NCBI RefSeq assembly: GCF_037041345.1
Contig: NZ_CP146287.1
Span: forward strand, 358,236 to 382,235
Length of the DNA stretch: 24,000 bases
Origin: Abiotrophia defectiva ATCC 49176
Lineage (GTDB): Bacteria; Bacillota; Bacilli; Lactobacillales; Aerococcaceae
Reading direction: 5' to 3'
Shown here: positions 8,980 through 17,316 of the stretch, one piece after another
How positions within the stretch are numbered: the first letter of the stretch is position 1
Layout: each line of letters opens with the position of its first letter
Notes under the pieces: generated by a model
Databases searched by the model: none
What the model saw: only the letters and a program-made list of their open reading frames with translations
Told to the model about the DNA's origin: nothing
Translations under genes and position numbers: made by a program

Positions 8980-9318
8980 ATGAAAATCCTATTATGTTGT
9001 GCGGGTGGTTTCTCAACCAATATGCTGATGCAGAACATGAAGAAGGTTGTGAAGCAGAGTGAAAAACTCAATGAAGCAGATTTTGACTTCACTGCCATTC
9101 CCGCTGATTCACTTGAAGGAACGGTTGAGAATTGGGATATTGTTTTGGTAGGGCCACAAATTGCACATAAGATTGATTTTATCAAATCTATCCTAACGCC
9201 GTTAGATATTCCTTATGCCATCATAGATAAGGACGTGTATGGAGAGATGGATGGAGCGACAGTTATGAAGTTAGCGCTCGTAACCTATAAGAAACATCAA
9301 CTCAGTAAAGAAAAATAA
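8980..9318 (+). CDS. PTS lactose/cellobiose family EIIB
   Basis: The protein is 112 aa. Its N-terminus MKILLCCAGGFSTNMLMQ carries the active-site Cys. Confidence 0.85.
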   Translation: MKILLCCAGGFSTNMLMQNMKKVVKQSEKLNEADFDFTAIPADSLEGTVENWDIVLVGPQIAHKIDFIKSILTPLDIPYAIIDKDVYGEMDGATVMKLALVTYKKHQLSKEK

Positions 9319-9348
9319 TGAGGACAAAGATTTAAAGGAGTGAGTAAA

Positions 9349-10674
9349 ATGTTTGATAAGTTTGCCGAATTTATGAACCGTTTTTTCCTACCTTTAGCTC
9401 GTAAGGTAGATAACCAACGACATCTAAGTGCTATTAAGGCCGGTATGATGGCTCTAACACCTTTCACGATTTTAGGGAGTTTCTTTGCGGTCATCCCTGC
9501 TATTCCAAATATGCTATCGCCCACTAATCCAGTAGCTGTATTCATCAATGATAATGCAGCACTAATAGATTTGCCGGTGACTTTATCAATTGGATTGATT
9601 GGGATGTATGCTTGCATGGCGATTTCCTATAACTTAGGGAAATATTATAAGCTCTATATTCCAGGTTGTGTTACCCTGTCGACATTCTCCTTCCTCTTTA
9701 TGGTAGCGACTTTCAATGATGAGGGACAGCTAATTCTGAAGAACCTAGGAGCGCGTGGCCTTTTTACGGCGATGATTGTTGGCTTGTTAACAGTAGAACT
9801 CTATAACTTCTGTAAGAAGCGTAATATCACCATCCGGATGCCAGAAGGGGTGCCTGATTTCGTATCTCAATCCTTCGAGTTAATTCCGGTTACGCTGATT
9901 GTTGGGGGGACTTTTATCGTCCTACGCTTTATCTTCCTTAATGTCATTGGAGAATTACCACCAAGCCTGTTGACCCGCTTCTTGACTCCATTAGTAGGGA
10001 GTATGGATAACCCATGGGCTGTACTTATGCTTAACTTCGCTATCTGTACCATCTTCTTCTTCGGGATTCACTCATCCGTCTTCAGTCCAATTACGCGACC
10101 TATTATGGTGGCCTTCATTGCAGAAAATATTGCAGCTTTCCAAGCTGGGGAACCACTGCCACACTTCTATACAGCAGGGACATCTAGTGCCTTCTTCGGT
10201 TTTACAGGATGTGGGATTAGTATTGGCTGTATTATCGCCTGCATGATGTCTAAGAACCAACGCTACAAACAAATTGGTCGGGTCTCTCTCTTCCCAGCCT
10301 TATTCGGGATTAACGAACCCATCTTGTTCGGGGCACCCATTATCTTGAACCCTATTATGTTTATCCCGCATGTTTTTGGGGGTGCCATTATTGGGACCTT
10401 CCCAATGTTCCTCATGCACTGGGGCTTGCTGAATAAGCCGGTTTTTGATCCGCCATATGTCGGGATTTTCTTAGAAGGATTTCTTACTAACGGGGACTGG
10501 CGGACTATTATCGCTTGCGCCATTCAATTGATTGCTTCCGTGGCAATTTACTGGCCATTCTTCAAAATTATGGAACGAAATGATGAATTACAAGCCGCAC
10601 AAGCCAAGGCTGATAAGGCAATCTTCAATGCGGAAGATGAGGCCTTATTAGCGGATCTAGACTTAGACTTCTAG
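9349..10674 (+). CDS. PTS lactose/cellobiose family EIIC permease
   Basis: This is a polytopic membrane protein with the EIIC pattern (FxxFxxRFFLPLA, GINEPILFG). I prefer ATG at 9349 (SD AAAGGAG 8 nt upstream) over the track's GTG at 9340. Confidence 0.85.
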   Translation: MFDKFAEFMNRFFLPLARKVDNQRHLSAIKAGMMALTPFTILGSFFAVIPAIPNMLSPTNPVAVFINDNAALIDLPVTLSIGLIGMYACMAISYNLGKYYKLYIPGCVTLSTFSFLFMVATFNDEGQLILKNLGARGLFTAMIVGLLTVELYNFCKKRNITIRMPEGVPDFVSQSFELIPVTLIVGGTFIVLRFIFLNVIGELPPSLLTRFLTPLVGSMDNPWAVLMLNFAICTIFFFGIHSSVFSPITRPIMVAFIAENIAAFQAGEPLPHFYTAGTSSAFFGFTGCGISIGCIIACMMSKNQRYKQIGRVSLFPALFGINEPILFGAPIILNPIMFIPHVFGGAIIGTFPMFLMHWGLLNKPVFDPPYVGIFLEGFLTNGDWRTIIACAIQLIASVAIYWPFFKIMERNDELQAAQAKADKAIFNAEDEALLADLDLDF

Positions 10675-10683
10675 GTGATTCTT

Positions 10684-11739
10684 ATGGAACGAATTGAGAG
10701 ATTGCAAGCCATGATGAGGGATCAAGGATTGGATGCTATCGTGGTAACTAACAAGATTACTAAGCAATACCTGGGCTTAATAACAGGGAGTGGCTGTGTA
10801 CCGGTTGTCTTAGTTGATCGCGTCGTCCAATTTATGGATGGACGCTATCAGAACGAAAGCTATCGATTAAGGAGCGCAGAAAAAAAGGTCCTAGACAATC
10901 GGAACTACTATGGGGCCATTATCCCATTTTTAAAGGAGGTGGGGTCTAAGGTGGTTGGTCTTGAAGATGAAGGAATCTCTGTAGCAAAATACCTAGAGAT
11001 GAGAGAATTCTTCGAGATTCGTTCGGTAGGAGAATTGATTGTGACCATGAGAAGTATCAAAGATCAAGACGAGATTGCAAAGATTCGCACAGCTTGTCAG
11101 ATTACTGATGAGATCTTCAATCGCCTACTTCCATGTATCCGTGCTGGTATGACGGAGAAGGAACTGGTAGCTTATCTCTACTTCGAATGCTTCAAGGCGG
11201 GAGCGGATCGAATGTCCTTTGAGCCAATCATAGCAAGTGGTTGGCGGGGCTCCTTACCTCATGGGCGTCCAAGCAACAAGGTGATTCAGGAAGGTGAGCT
11301 TGTAACCATTGACTTCGGGATTGTCTTCGAAGATTATATGTCAGATATGACACGGACTGTCGGTATTGGTAAGATTAAGCAAGAACTCTTGGATATTTAT
11401 GAGGCCGTCCAACTAGCTCAGCAAGCAGCAGTAGAGGCCGTTCGGCCCCGTCTCATGGGCCAGGAAGTAGATGCTCTTGCTCGTCAAATCATCGAAGACA
11501 AGGGCTACGGCGCCTATTTCACGCATGGCCTAGGGCATGGAATTGGGATAGGAGGCGATTATCCTATGCTTAATCCGACCAGTAAGTTCTGCTTGGAGGC
11601 GAATATGGTCCTGACTTGCGAACCAGGTATTTATGTCCCGGAAGTTGGTGGCGTGCGAATTGAAGATGTCGTGCTAGTCACTTCAAGCGGCAGCCAAGCG
11701 TTGACTAAGACCGATAAGTCATTAATACTGGTGGGATGA
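10684..11739 (+). CDS. M24 family Xaa-Pro aminopeptidase/dipeptidase (PepP/PepQ/YpdF-like)
   Basis: It shows a pita-bread fold signature: VTIDFGIVFEDYMSDMTRT, HGLGHGIG and EPGIYVPEVGGVRIED. I prefer ATG at 10684 (AGGTGA upstream) over GTG at 10675. Confidence 0.8.
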   Translation: MERIERLQAMMRDQGLDAIVVTNKITKQYLGLITGSGCVPVVLVDRVVQFMDGRYQNESYRLRSAEKKVLDNRNYYGAIIPFLKEVGSKVVGLEDEGISVAKYLEMREFFEIRSVGELIVTMRSIKDQDEIAKIRTACQITDEIFNRLLPCIRAGMTEKELVAYLYFECFKAGADRMSFEPIIASGWRGSLPHGRPSNKVIQEGELVTIDFGIVFEDYMSDMTRTVGIGKIKQELLDIYEAVQLAQQAAVEAVRPRLMGQEVDALARQIIEDKGYGAYFTHGLGHGIGIGGDYPMLNPTSKFCLEANMVLTCEPGIYVPEVGGVRIEDVVLVTSSGSQALTKTDKSLILVG

Positions 11740-11742
11740 TTT

Positions 11743-12924
11743 ATGGATAAATTTGATAAAGCATTCGACAGAAGCGCTATTGGAACACGCAAATGGGATC
11801 CAAGCTTATTAGAAGAGAAGATGCCAGGAGCGAAGGACGTAATTGCGATGGACTTAGCCGATATCGACTTCGAGTGTGCCCCGGCCATTCAACAAGCCCT
11901 TGTGGAGCGCGCTATGCAGGCCGATTATAGCTATACTTATGTGCCCGATAGCTTCTATCAAGCCGTTATCGATTGGAATCGTCGCTACTATGGGCTAGAG
12001 ATAGAGAAGGATTGGATTCGATTAGTGTTTGGGACCGTCTCAGCCCTTCATAATATTGTGCAAGCTCTGACAGAAGAGGGCGAAGCCGTGATGATTCAGA
12101 CACCGGCTTATGCCCCCTTTGCAGAAGCTGTGCAGCATAATGGGCGACGCTTAATCTGTAATGACCTTGAGATTCGAGATAATCGTTACTATATGAACTT
12201 TGAACGCATGGAACGTGACATCCAACAAGAAGGCGTGAAATTATTCATCCTCTGTAATCCACAAAACCCTTCAGGAAGGGTTTGGACCAAGGAGGAATTG
12301 AATCGACTCGCCCAAATCTGCCAACGGTATCAGGTCTGCCTTGTGTCAGATGAGATTCATCGCGATATCGTTTTTAGGAGTCAACACTTCACAAGTCTAT
12401 GGCAGGCCAATGAATCCATTATGCAGAATAGCGTCTTATGCGTCTCTCCCAATAAGGGATTCAACCTTGGGGGGCTTAAAACCTCTTATATTGTAGTGCC
12501 TAATCCTCAAATAAGGGCTCAAATCTATGAACGCCTATCAGCTAACTATGTCACTTCCCCCCATGTTTTTGCGGTACCAGCTATTGTAGCCGCCTATAAC
12601 AAGGAAAGACAGTGGCTAGAGGACATGGTAGCATATATTGAGGAAAATCATCGACTAGTAGAATCTTTCGTCAAGGAGTACATGCCGAGATTCGAAGTAA
12701 TGCCTGCCGAATCATCCTTCCTAGTTTGGGTACGGGTTGGAGATCTACTTAAGACAGAAAGTGAAGTGAAGGCATTCTTCGATGCATGCGCACTTACAAT
12801 GGTGCTAGGGAGTTACTTCGTCCAGAATGGCGAAGGCTATGTCCGCTTGAATATAGGTATGCAGCGTGAGAAAGTATCAGAGGCACTAGATCGAATGTTT
12901 AGGGAATATAAATTGAGAATATAA
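11743..12924 (+). CDS. PLP-dependent C-S lyase / aminotransferase class I-II (MalY/PatB type)
   Basis: The protein is 393 aa. It has the motifs CNPQNPSGRVW and SDEIHRD, and the PLP-lysine region SPNKGFNLGGLK. Confidence 0.75.
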   Translation: MDKFDKAFDRSAIGTRKWDPSLLEEKMPGAKDVIAMDLADIDFECAPAIQQALVERAMQADYSYTYVPDSFYQAVIDWNRRYYGLEIEKDWIRLVFGTVSALHNIVQALTEEGEAVMIQTPAYAPFAEAVQHNGRRLICNDLEIRDNRYYMNFERMERDIQQEGVKLFILCNPQNPSGRVWTKEELNRLAQICQRYQVCLVSDEIHRDIVFRSQHFTSLWQANESIMQNSVLCVSPNKGFNLGGLKTSYIVVPNPQIRAQIYERLSANYVTSPHVFAVPAIVAAYNKERQWLEDMVAYIEENHRLVESFVKEYMPRFEVMPAESSFLVWVRVGDLLKTESEVKAFFDACALTMVLGSYFVQNGEGYVRLNIGMQREKVSEALDRMFREYKLRI

Positions 12925-12930
12925 GATACT

Positions 12931-12961
12931 ATCAGCCACCTGTAATCGGTGGCTGATTTTT
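12931..12961 (+). terminator. Intrinsic terminator of the PTS operon
   Basis: ATCAGCCACC-tgtaatc-GGTGGCTGAT forms a 10-bp stem, followed by TTTT. Confidence 0.8.
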
Positions 12962-13006
12962 AATATGGGGAAGTGAGGTGAGGGAATATTGCCATATTAG
13001 ATAGAG

Positions 13007-13185
13007 GCACGTCGTGTTGGGAGGCAGCCACGTCGTATTGGAGGTAGCGATGTCTCGATGGACCTCCAACACGACGTGGCTCGGCAAGGAAGCGAGTATT
13101 TTGAGTCAAAAAGGGCGAAAAAGCGTGAGCCACGTCGTATTGGGAGGCAGCCATGTCTCGATGGAGGTCCAACGCGACGTGGCTC
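13007..13185. repeat. Palindromic intergenic repeat element (about 1.7 units), same family as 21101-21469
   Basis: It contains repeated 14-16-nt motifs CCACGTCG(T/C)(G/A)TTGG and their inverse CCAACRCGACGTGG. These form long hairpins, for example AGCCACGTCGTATTGGAGG...CCTCCAACACGACGTGGCT. The shared spacer is TATTTTGAGTCAAAAAGGGCGAAAAAGCG. Confidence 0.8.
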
Positions 13186-13331
13186 AAAATGTAAGCTAGG
13201 TTTAAGCTGAAAAAGGTGAGGGAGAACCCCAAAAGTCGCGAATGGCGTGCTTTTTAGCGCATATAGGTGCAAGAAGGGGTCAAATCACTAAAATAGATAA
13301 ACTATTGTTTAAAAATAATACTGTGCCATTA

Positions 13332-13360
13332 TTGGAGAAGACAGAAGGCAAGAGTATAAT
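13332..13360 (+). promoter_or_regulatory. Sigma-A-type promoter for the 13439-15365 gene pair
   Basis: -35 TTGGAG is at 13332-13337 and -10 TATAAT is at 13355-13360, with a 17-nt spacer. Confidence 0.5.
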
Positions 13361-13438
13361 GGAGTTAGTGGATTAATGCACAGATGGGCGGTAACGTATG
13401 CAACCCCAAAATTCCAAGAGAATGTTAGGAGTTTAAGT

Positions 13439-14221
13439 ATGAAGTTTGGTTTACGAACACCAAGTTTAAAAAAACGCCTCTCGGCCCGAACAAGTGGCGC
13501 GATGAAACGAAAAATTAAAAGAGCTTTGATTCCCGGCTATGGGCGTAGGGGGAGAGGGTGGCTTACCAACCCTCGGAAAGCACTATATAACAAAATCTAT
13601 CGTAAAACGACAGTTGGCTGCCTTTTACCTTTTCTAATTAGCGCTAGCCTAGTAGTTGGGGGCACGTCATTTATTGCTGCAGCACCATCATCAGTGACCA
13701 TAGAGGAACGCAGTAAACAATGGATAGATGAGCATCTAAAGGATCGAACACTCTCAGAATTTACTCAAGACTTAATTAAGCTTGAAGACGAGAAGCTCAA
13801 GGAAGTAATCTTATTTGGGCACAAAAAAGGAACGCAATTGAAAGATGACTTCGATATCATTGGACGTGATGTAACAATCAAAGGGAAAGTGGTTTACATA
13901 GCGCGTCCACCTCAAAAACAGATGGATGGCAAGTACTTTGGCACCTATCTTGTCTATCTAGGAGATAAGCCAATTGAAGATTTCCAGATTATTGAAGACC
14001 ACAGTAGTACTCGTAAAGATATGTCAAAAGAAGATTTCTTTCTAGGTAAATACCCGGAGGAGAAGATTCAATTGGTACTGGTAGAGATAAAATCTAACCA
14101 GGAGCTTGAGAAGTGGACAAATGTAGAAGGTGTAGGGAATTTGAAGAACTATGTGCTTAAAGTTAAAGTAGATGGAACAGTGGAAGAGTTTTCAGCACTA
14201 ATTAATGAGTTAGAGATATAG
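13439..14221 (+). CDS. Hypothetical membrane-anchored protein: basic N-terminal motif, one TM segment and an approximately 170-aa extracytoplasmic domain
   Basis: I prefer ATG at 13439 (SD AGGAG 7 nt upstream) over the track start at 13376. The N-terminus is SLKKRLSARTSGAMKRKIKRALIPGYGRRGRGWLTNPRKALYNKIYRKTT. The TM segment is VGCLLPFLISASLVVGGTSFIAA. Confidence 0.6.
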   Translation: MKFGLRTPSLKKRLSARTSGAMKRKIKRALIPGYGRRGRGWLTNPRKALYNKIYRKTTVGCLLPFLISASLVVGGTSFIAAAPSSVTIEERSKQWIDEHLKDRTLSEFTQDLIKLEDEKLKEVILFGHKKGTQLKDDFDIIGRDVTIKGKVVYIARPPQKQMDGKYFGTYLVYLGDKPIEDFQIIEDHSSTRKDMSKEDFFLGKYPEEKIQLVLVEIKSNQELEKWTNVEGVGNLKNYVLKVKVDGTVEEFSALINELEI

Positions 14222-14270
14222 ATTTATATGAAATTCAAGGGATTTAAATTACAAAATTAGGGGAAAGCTA

Positions 14271-15365
14271 ATGAGTAAAAAAGTAGTATGTTTAATAGGT
14301 AATGGATTTGATTTAGCTCTGGGTCTCAGAACATCATATACGGATTTTCGAAACTTCATAGAGCTTAAGCATGGGAGTAAAATGTCCGAAAATCTGATTT
14401 ATAAAGCACTCGAAGAGCATACGGGGGGCAATTGGAGTGATTTAGAGAAAAAATTAGGGGAAATATTCAAGAAATCTACATGGGAAGGTATTTTTAAAAA
14501 CTCTGATTCTGTTTTAGATGGAGAGGAGTTACAGTTTTCAATTAATGAAGCAAGGGAAAATCTTATTGATGACTTAATAGAGCATCTCAAACAAGAAGAA
14601 AAAATACTAGGAAAAATTCAAATTGATGACGAAGTAAAAAATAACATGATCGAAGGTATACAACGCCTGTTTTCTCCGACGATTGAAAGAGATCAAGATA
14701 TTTTAAAAAATCATCAGAGCTTGTATGGAGAAGATATATATTTTTATACTATTAGCTTCAACTATACAGATTCTTTCTCTTATCTGTTTAATAAAATCGA
14801 GAGTAGTGATTATAGCATTGGGAGAAGTTTTTCTCGATACGCTACTCTCTATCCGCATGGGACTAGTGAAATAGGGACTACAATTGGAGTGAATGATGAG
14901 ACTCAGTTATTAGGTTATAAAGAAGGGGAAAGTGTTTTGGAGGCGGATACCGCTAAATTTATGATTAAACCTAGAAATAAAGAGCACGGGCAAGATAATC
15001 AATATGAGGATGCTCTACAACGAATCTCCATAGCTGATATCATCATAATATATGGGATGTCTTGCGGTGAGACGGACAAAGATTGGTGGGAGGCGATTGA
15101 AAAGAGACTTTTAGGGTATAAAAACTCAATCGCGATAGTTTTTAGCTATGAAACACTTCGGAGAACCCATAATAGCCAGGTAGAGAGAGTCCGGAATAGG
15201 GTCAGAAGTAAACTATGTAGTAGCTCAGAAAACATGGCTACTATAGGAAATCGAATTATTGTTGAATGTAGTAAGGACTTATTTTCCCATATTAAGAGTA
15301 AAACGGAGGAAGTACGTAAGCAAGTAGACGAAGTGCAAGTAACGAAAGAAGAGGATACTATTTGA
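14271..15365 (+). CDS. AbiH-like abortive-infection family protein
   Basis: The N-terminus VVCLIGNGFDLALGLRTSYTDFRNF and the later IIIIYGMSCGETDKDWWEAI match my memory of the AbiH (PF14253) pattern (GNGFDL..GL.TSY.DF and GhS....D..Y). The gene is AT-rich. It starts 50 nt after the upstream gene with no terminator between them. Confidence 0.65.
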   Translation: MSKKVVCLIGNGFDLALGLRTSYTDFRNFIELKHGSKMSENLIYKALEEHTGGNWSDLEKKLGEIFKKSTWEGIFKNSDSVLDGEELQFSINEARENLIDDLIEHLKQEEKILGKIQIDDEVKNNMIEGIQRLFSPTIERDQDILKNHQSLYGEDIYFYTISFNYTDSFSYLFNKIESSDYSIGRSFSRYATLYPHGTSEIGTTIGVNDETQLLGYKEGESVLEADTAKFMIKPRNKEHGQDNQYEDALQRISIADIIIIYGMSCGETDKDWWEAIEKRLLGYKNSIAIVFSYETLRRTHNSQVERVRNRVRSKLCSSSENMATIGNRIIVECSKDLFSHIKSKTEEVRKQVDEVQVTKEEDTI

Positions 15366-15470
15366 AACTTCGTCTTTAGATGTTTTATCGATGGTAAATA
15401 AGCTGCTCACAAAAGTTGAATTGTTTGTTCGTGTTGGGGAAGTTTATTTTGTGAACATAAGTTAAGATTC

Positions 15471-15510
15471 GCTCTGCCACAAACTCTTCAATAAACACGA
15501 CAAAAAATAG
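15471..15510 (+). pseudogene. 5'-truncated remnant of the holin-like toxin gene
   Basis: Only the last 13 codons plus the stop remain recognisable (..LCHKLFNKHDKK*). An in-frame TAA lies two codons upstream of the homology boundary. No start codon or SD is present. Confidence 0.55.
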
Positions 15511-15611
15511 CCGTCCCCACTTTGACTCGCGGGATGGCTATTTTTAGTCATCTTCGCATAACCTTCTTATATAGCTCTGAACGGGAGTCGAGTTCGCCCT
15601 CGACTCCTTTT
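15502..15611 (-). ncRNA. Putative orphan antisense sRNA (paralog of 4424-4533)
   Basis: On the minus strand, -35 TTGACT (15642-15647) is conserved and the -10 is weakened to AATAAT (15618-15623). The terminator hairpin lies at 15509-15539, with an A-run at 15502-15507. Confidence 0.4.
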
Positions 15612-15675
15612 GTGCTTATTATTTCGTAAGGGTTTGGGGGAAGTCAAAACTATAATGTTCAGGATAAAAATACTT

Positions 15676-15705
15676 TTGTTGTTAGTTCATTAAATCGGAT
15701 ATAAT
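15676..15705 (+). promoter_or_regulatory. Candidate promoter for the nuclease-like gene
   Basis: -35 TTGTTG is at 15676-15681 and -10 TATAAT is at 15700-15705, with an 18-nt spacer. Confidence 0.4.
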
Positions 15706-15814
15706 ATGGGTAGTATCGAATTTGTAAATCATCTCATTCAATTACGGGTGAGTTTGGTTAGAAAATGTTATAAGATATGTATAAAGAAATCTGTAATATC
15801 AATGGAGGTTGGGT

Positions 15815-16675
15815 ATGGAAAAATATACATCAGATAAAGCATTAGAGGCTATTGATTTAAGTCGAGATGAGTTGGAATGTTTGATTAGGGCGGGAAAAGA
15901 TTTAAGCGTGGAAAGTGTAAGTAACGAAGGAGAACTTGATCTTGATTTGGTCTTCATAGAGGACGGTGGCTATTATAAGGTAGGGAACTATTGGGAGCAA
16001 TATTCAACGGACGATAAGGTTTTAATAAAGCCTATACTCCTAAATGAAGAAATAGATGGTATGAAAAAGAATAGTGGCTGGATAGCAAATTTAAGAAATA
16101 GTAAAGAGGGGAAGGAATCAAAGGATGAAATTGATAATATTGACATAAATTACTTGCGTAATTCACAGAGGGCAATTGGTTACCCTCGTAGAGTTATTAA
16201 CAAAAATGCCAGTAGTATGAATGAATTCCTTCATCGTGGCCACTTGATGGCAAATGAAATAATTAGAGACTATATTAATAAGAGAATACAAGATCAACGG
16301 TGTCATATGTTTCGTTCTAAAAAGCACAGACATAATATATACGCTCAATTTAAACAATCTAATTGTTATTATAGTGATTGTTTTACTCGAAAAGGGCAAA
16401 GTTATTTTGAAAAGAACATCATAGACTATTTAAAATATAAAGAGGGCTATGTCAATTACGAAGTTCGTGCCTTATTTAAGAGTCCGGGCGATAAGGTTCC
16501 ACGAGCTAATCTATTATGTGCGAGATTCTACGATTCTTGTGGGCTGCTCGATGAGCAAGAGACATTTTGTGTTGTAATTCCAAATATGGGAAGCCTAGGG
16601 AGAGACTATAGCTCAATAGCAAGTTATAAATTTTCATATGAAGATGGGTTAATGGAACCAAGTAAAGGGAATTAA
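15815..16675 (+). CDS. DNA/RNA non-specific endonuclease-like protein (beta-beta-alpha-Me, EndA/NucA-like C-terminal domain) with an unknown acidic N-terminal domain and no signal peptide
   Basis: The start is ATG at 15815 (SD GGAGG 6 nt upstream). The C-terminal half carries HRGHLMANE (compare the DRGHL catalytic motif), NIYAQFKQSN (compare N..PQ...N) and GQSYFEKNIIDYL..VNYEVRALFKSPGDKVPRANLL. This last stretch resembles the EndA-type YYEN...YKVTPIY..ELVPR layout. The first 125 aa or so are acidic and have no hydrophobic leader. Confidence 0.6.
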   Translation: MEKYTSDKALEAIDLSRDELECLIRAGKDLSVESVSNEGELDLDLVFIEDGGYYKVGNYWEQYSTDDKVLIKPILLNEEIDGMKKNSGWIANLRNSKEGKESKDEIDNIDINYLRNSQRAIGYPRRVINKNASSMNEFLHRGHLMANEIIRDYINKRIQDQRCHMFRSKKHRHNIYAQFKQSNCYYSDCFTRKGQSYFEKNIIDYLKYKEGYVNYEVRALFKSPGDKVPRANLLCARFYDSCGLLDEQETFCVVIPNMGSLGRDYSSIASYKFSYEDGLMEPSKGN

Positions 16676-16741
16676 CCATAAAAAGGTAAAGAGTAATTGA
16701 AAAAATAAGACATCAATGAGTAGGTTGTCCAATAAAGTCAC

Positions 16742-16770
16742 CCCGTGCTTATAAAGCACGGGTTATTTGT
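16742..16770 (+). terminator. Intrinsic terminator after the nuclease-like gene
   Basis: CCCGTGCT-tataa-AGCACGGG forms the stem, followed by TTATTTGT. Confidence 0.7.
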
Positions 16771-16888
16771 ATGGATTTAAAAATCAAATAACCACAAGAA
16801 TTCTAAACTCTAGCGCAAGAATGAGCAAGATATTTTGAGGCTGCTAAGTTATACTCAGGATAGATTACCAAATTTTGGAGGGATATTA

Positions 16889-17152
16889 ATGGGATTTTTG
16901 GATAATGCAAAGAATGAAAGTAGCTATTCAGTAGCGTCTGGTAGAGATTTGAATTATGTGGTTTTACAGGTAACCCTGAAGGAAAAATTTATTGGGACGG
17001 GTTCTGGAAATCTAGCGGAGCTAGAGGAAGTCATTAACAGACAAGCTGCAAAAGGATATAGACTTCATACTATTGCGACAAGTAATGGTGGCAGCAAAGG
17101 CTTTATGGGCGGAGATAGAATCCAGGCTACACTAGTTTTTGAGTCGCTTTAG
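16889..17152 (+). CDS. Small DUF4177-like protein
   Basis: The start is ATG at 16889 (SD GGAGGG), giving 87 aa. The pattern YVVLQV...GNLAELEEVINRQAAKGYRLHTIA...ATLVFE resembles DUF4177 (WEYKVV...LN.LG.EGWELVSV...VFKR). Confidence 0.5.
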   Translation: MGFLDNAKNESSYSVASGRDLNYVVLQVTLKEKFIGTGSGNLAELEEVINRQAAKGYRLHTIATSNGGSKGFMGGDRIQATLVFESL

Positions 17153-17285
17153 CGTTTACTAGAATGAATAAGGTAAAGGGATGAAGGTATGCCAGAAAAT
17201 AACCTAGATATACTGAGCATGCGACATGTCAAGCATGATAAATGATTGTATCATGCGCGCAGGGGACGTGTTAAGTATCCTATAG

Positions 17286-17316
17286 AAGAGGGCCGTAAAA
17301 GGCTCTTTTTATTTTT
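17286..17316 (+). terminator. Intrinsic terminator in the ORF-free gap
   Basis: AAGAGGGCC-gtaaaa-GGCTCTTTT forms the stem, followed by a long T-run (TTTTTATTTTT). Confidence 0.5.

Larger units (their letters stand above)
15471..15648 (+). repeat. Direct repeat copy 2 (178 nt) of the toxin-3'-end / antisense RNA locus
   Basis: It aligns without gaps to 4393-4570. The terminator stem keeps pairing through G-U changes. The inner hairpin GGAGTCGAG...CTCGACTCC is identical in both copies. Confidence 0.85.

Noticed and set aside
12960-13272. Three overlapping track ORFs (12960-13232 minus, 12997-13272 minus, 13014-13199 plus) of 61-91 aa
   Set aside because: They lie entirely within the palindromic repeat element. 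They are open on both strands simply because the repeat is GC-rich and poor in stop codons. They have no SD and their peptides are repetitive (RRVG/HVVLG). I treat them as non-coding.
4393-15648. The 178-nt direct repeats as attL/attR of a recently integrated mobile element
   Set aside because: The copies are only about 88% identical, far too diverged for a fresh att duplication. No integrase, recombinase or transposase lies between them. They are more likely diverged paralogous TA loci, one of them decayed.
17189-17245. An 18-codon ORF (MPENNLDILSMRHVKHDK) as a signalling or leader peptide
   Set aside because: The SD is only marginal, I cannot assess conservation, and nothing in the sequence distinguishes it from a chance ORF.
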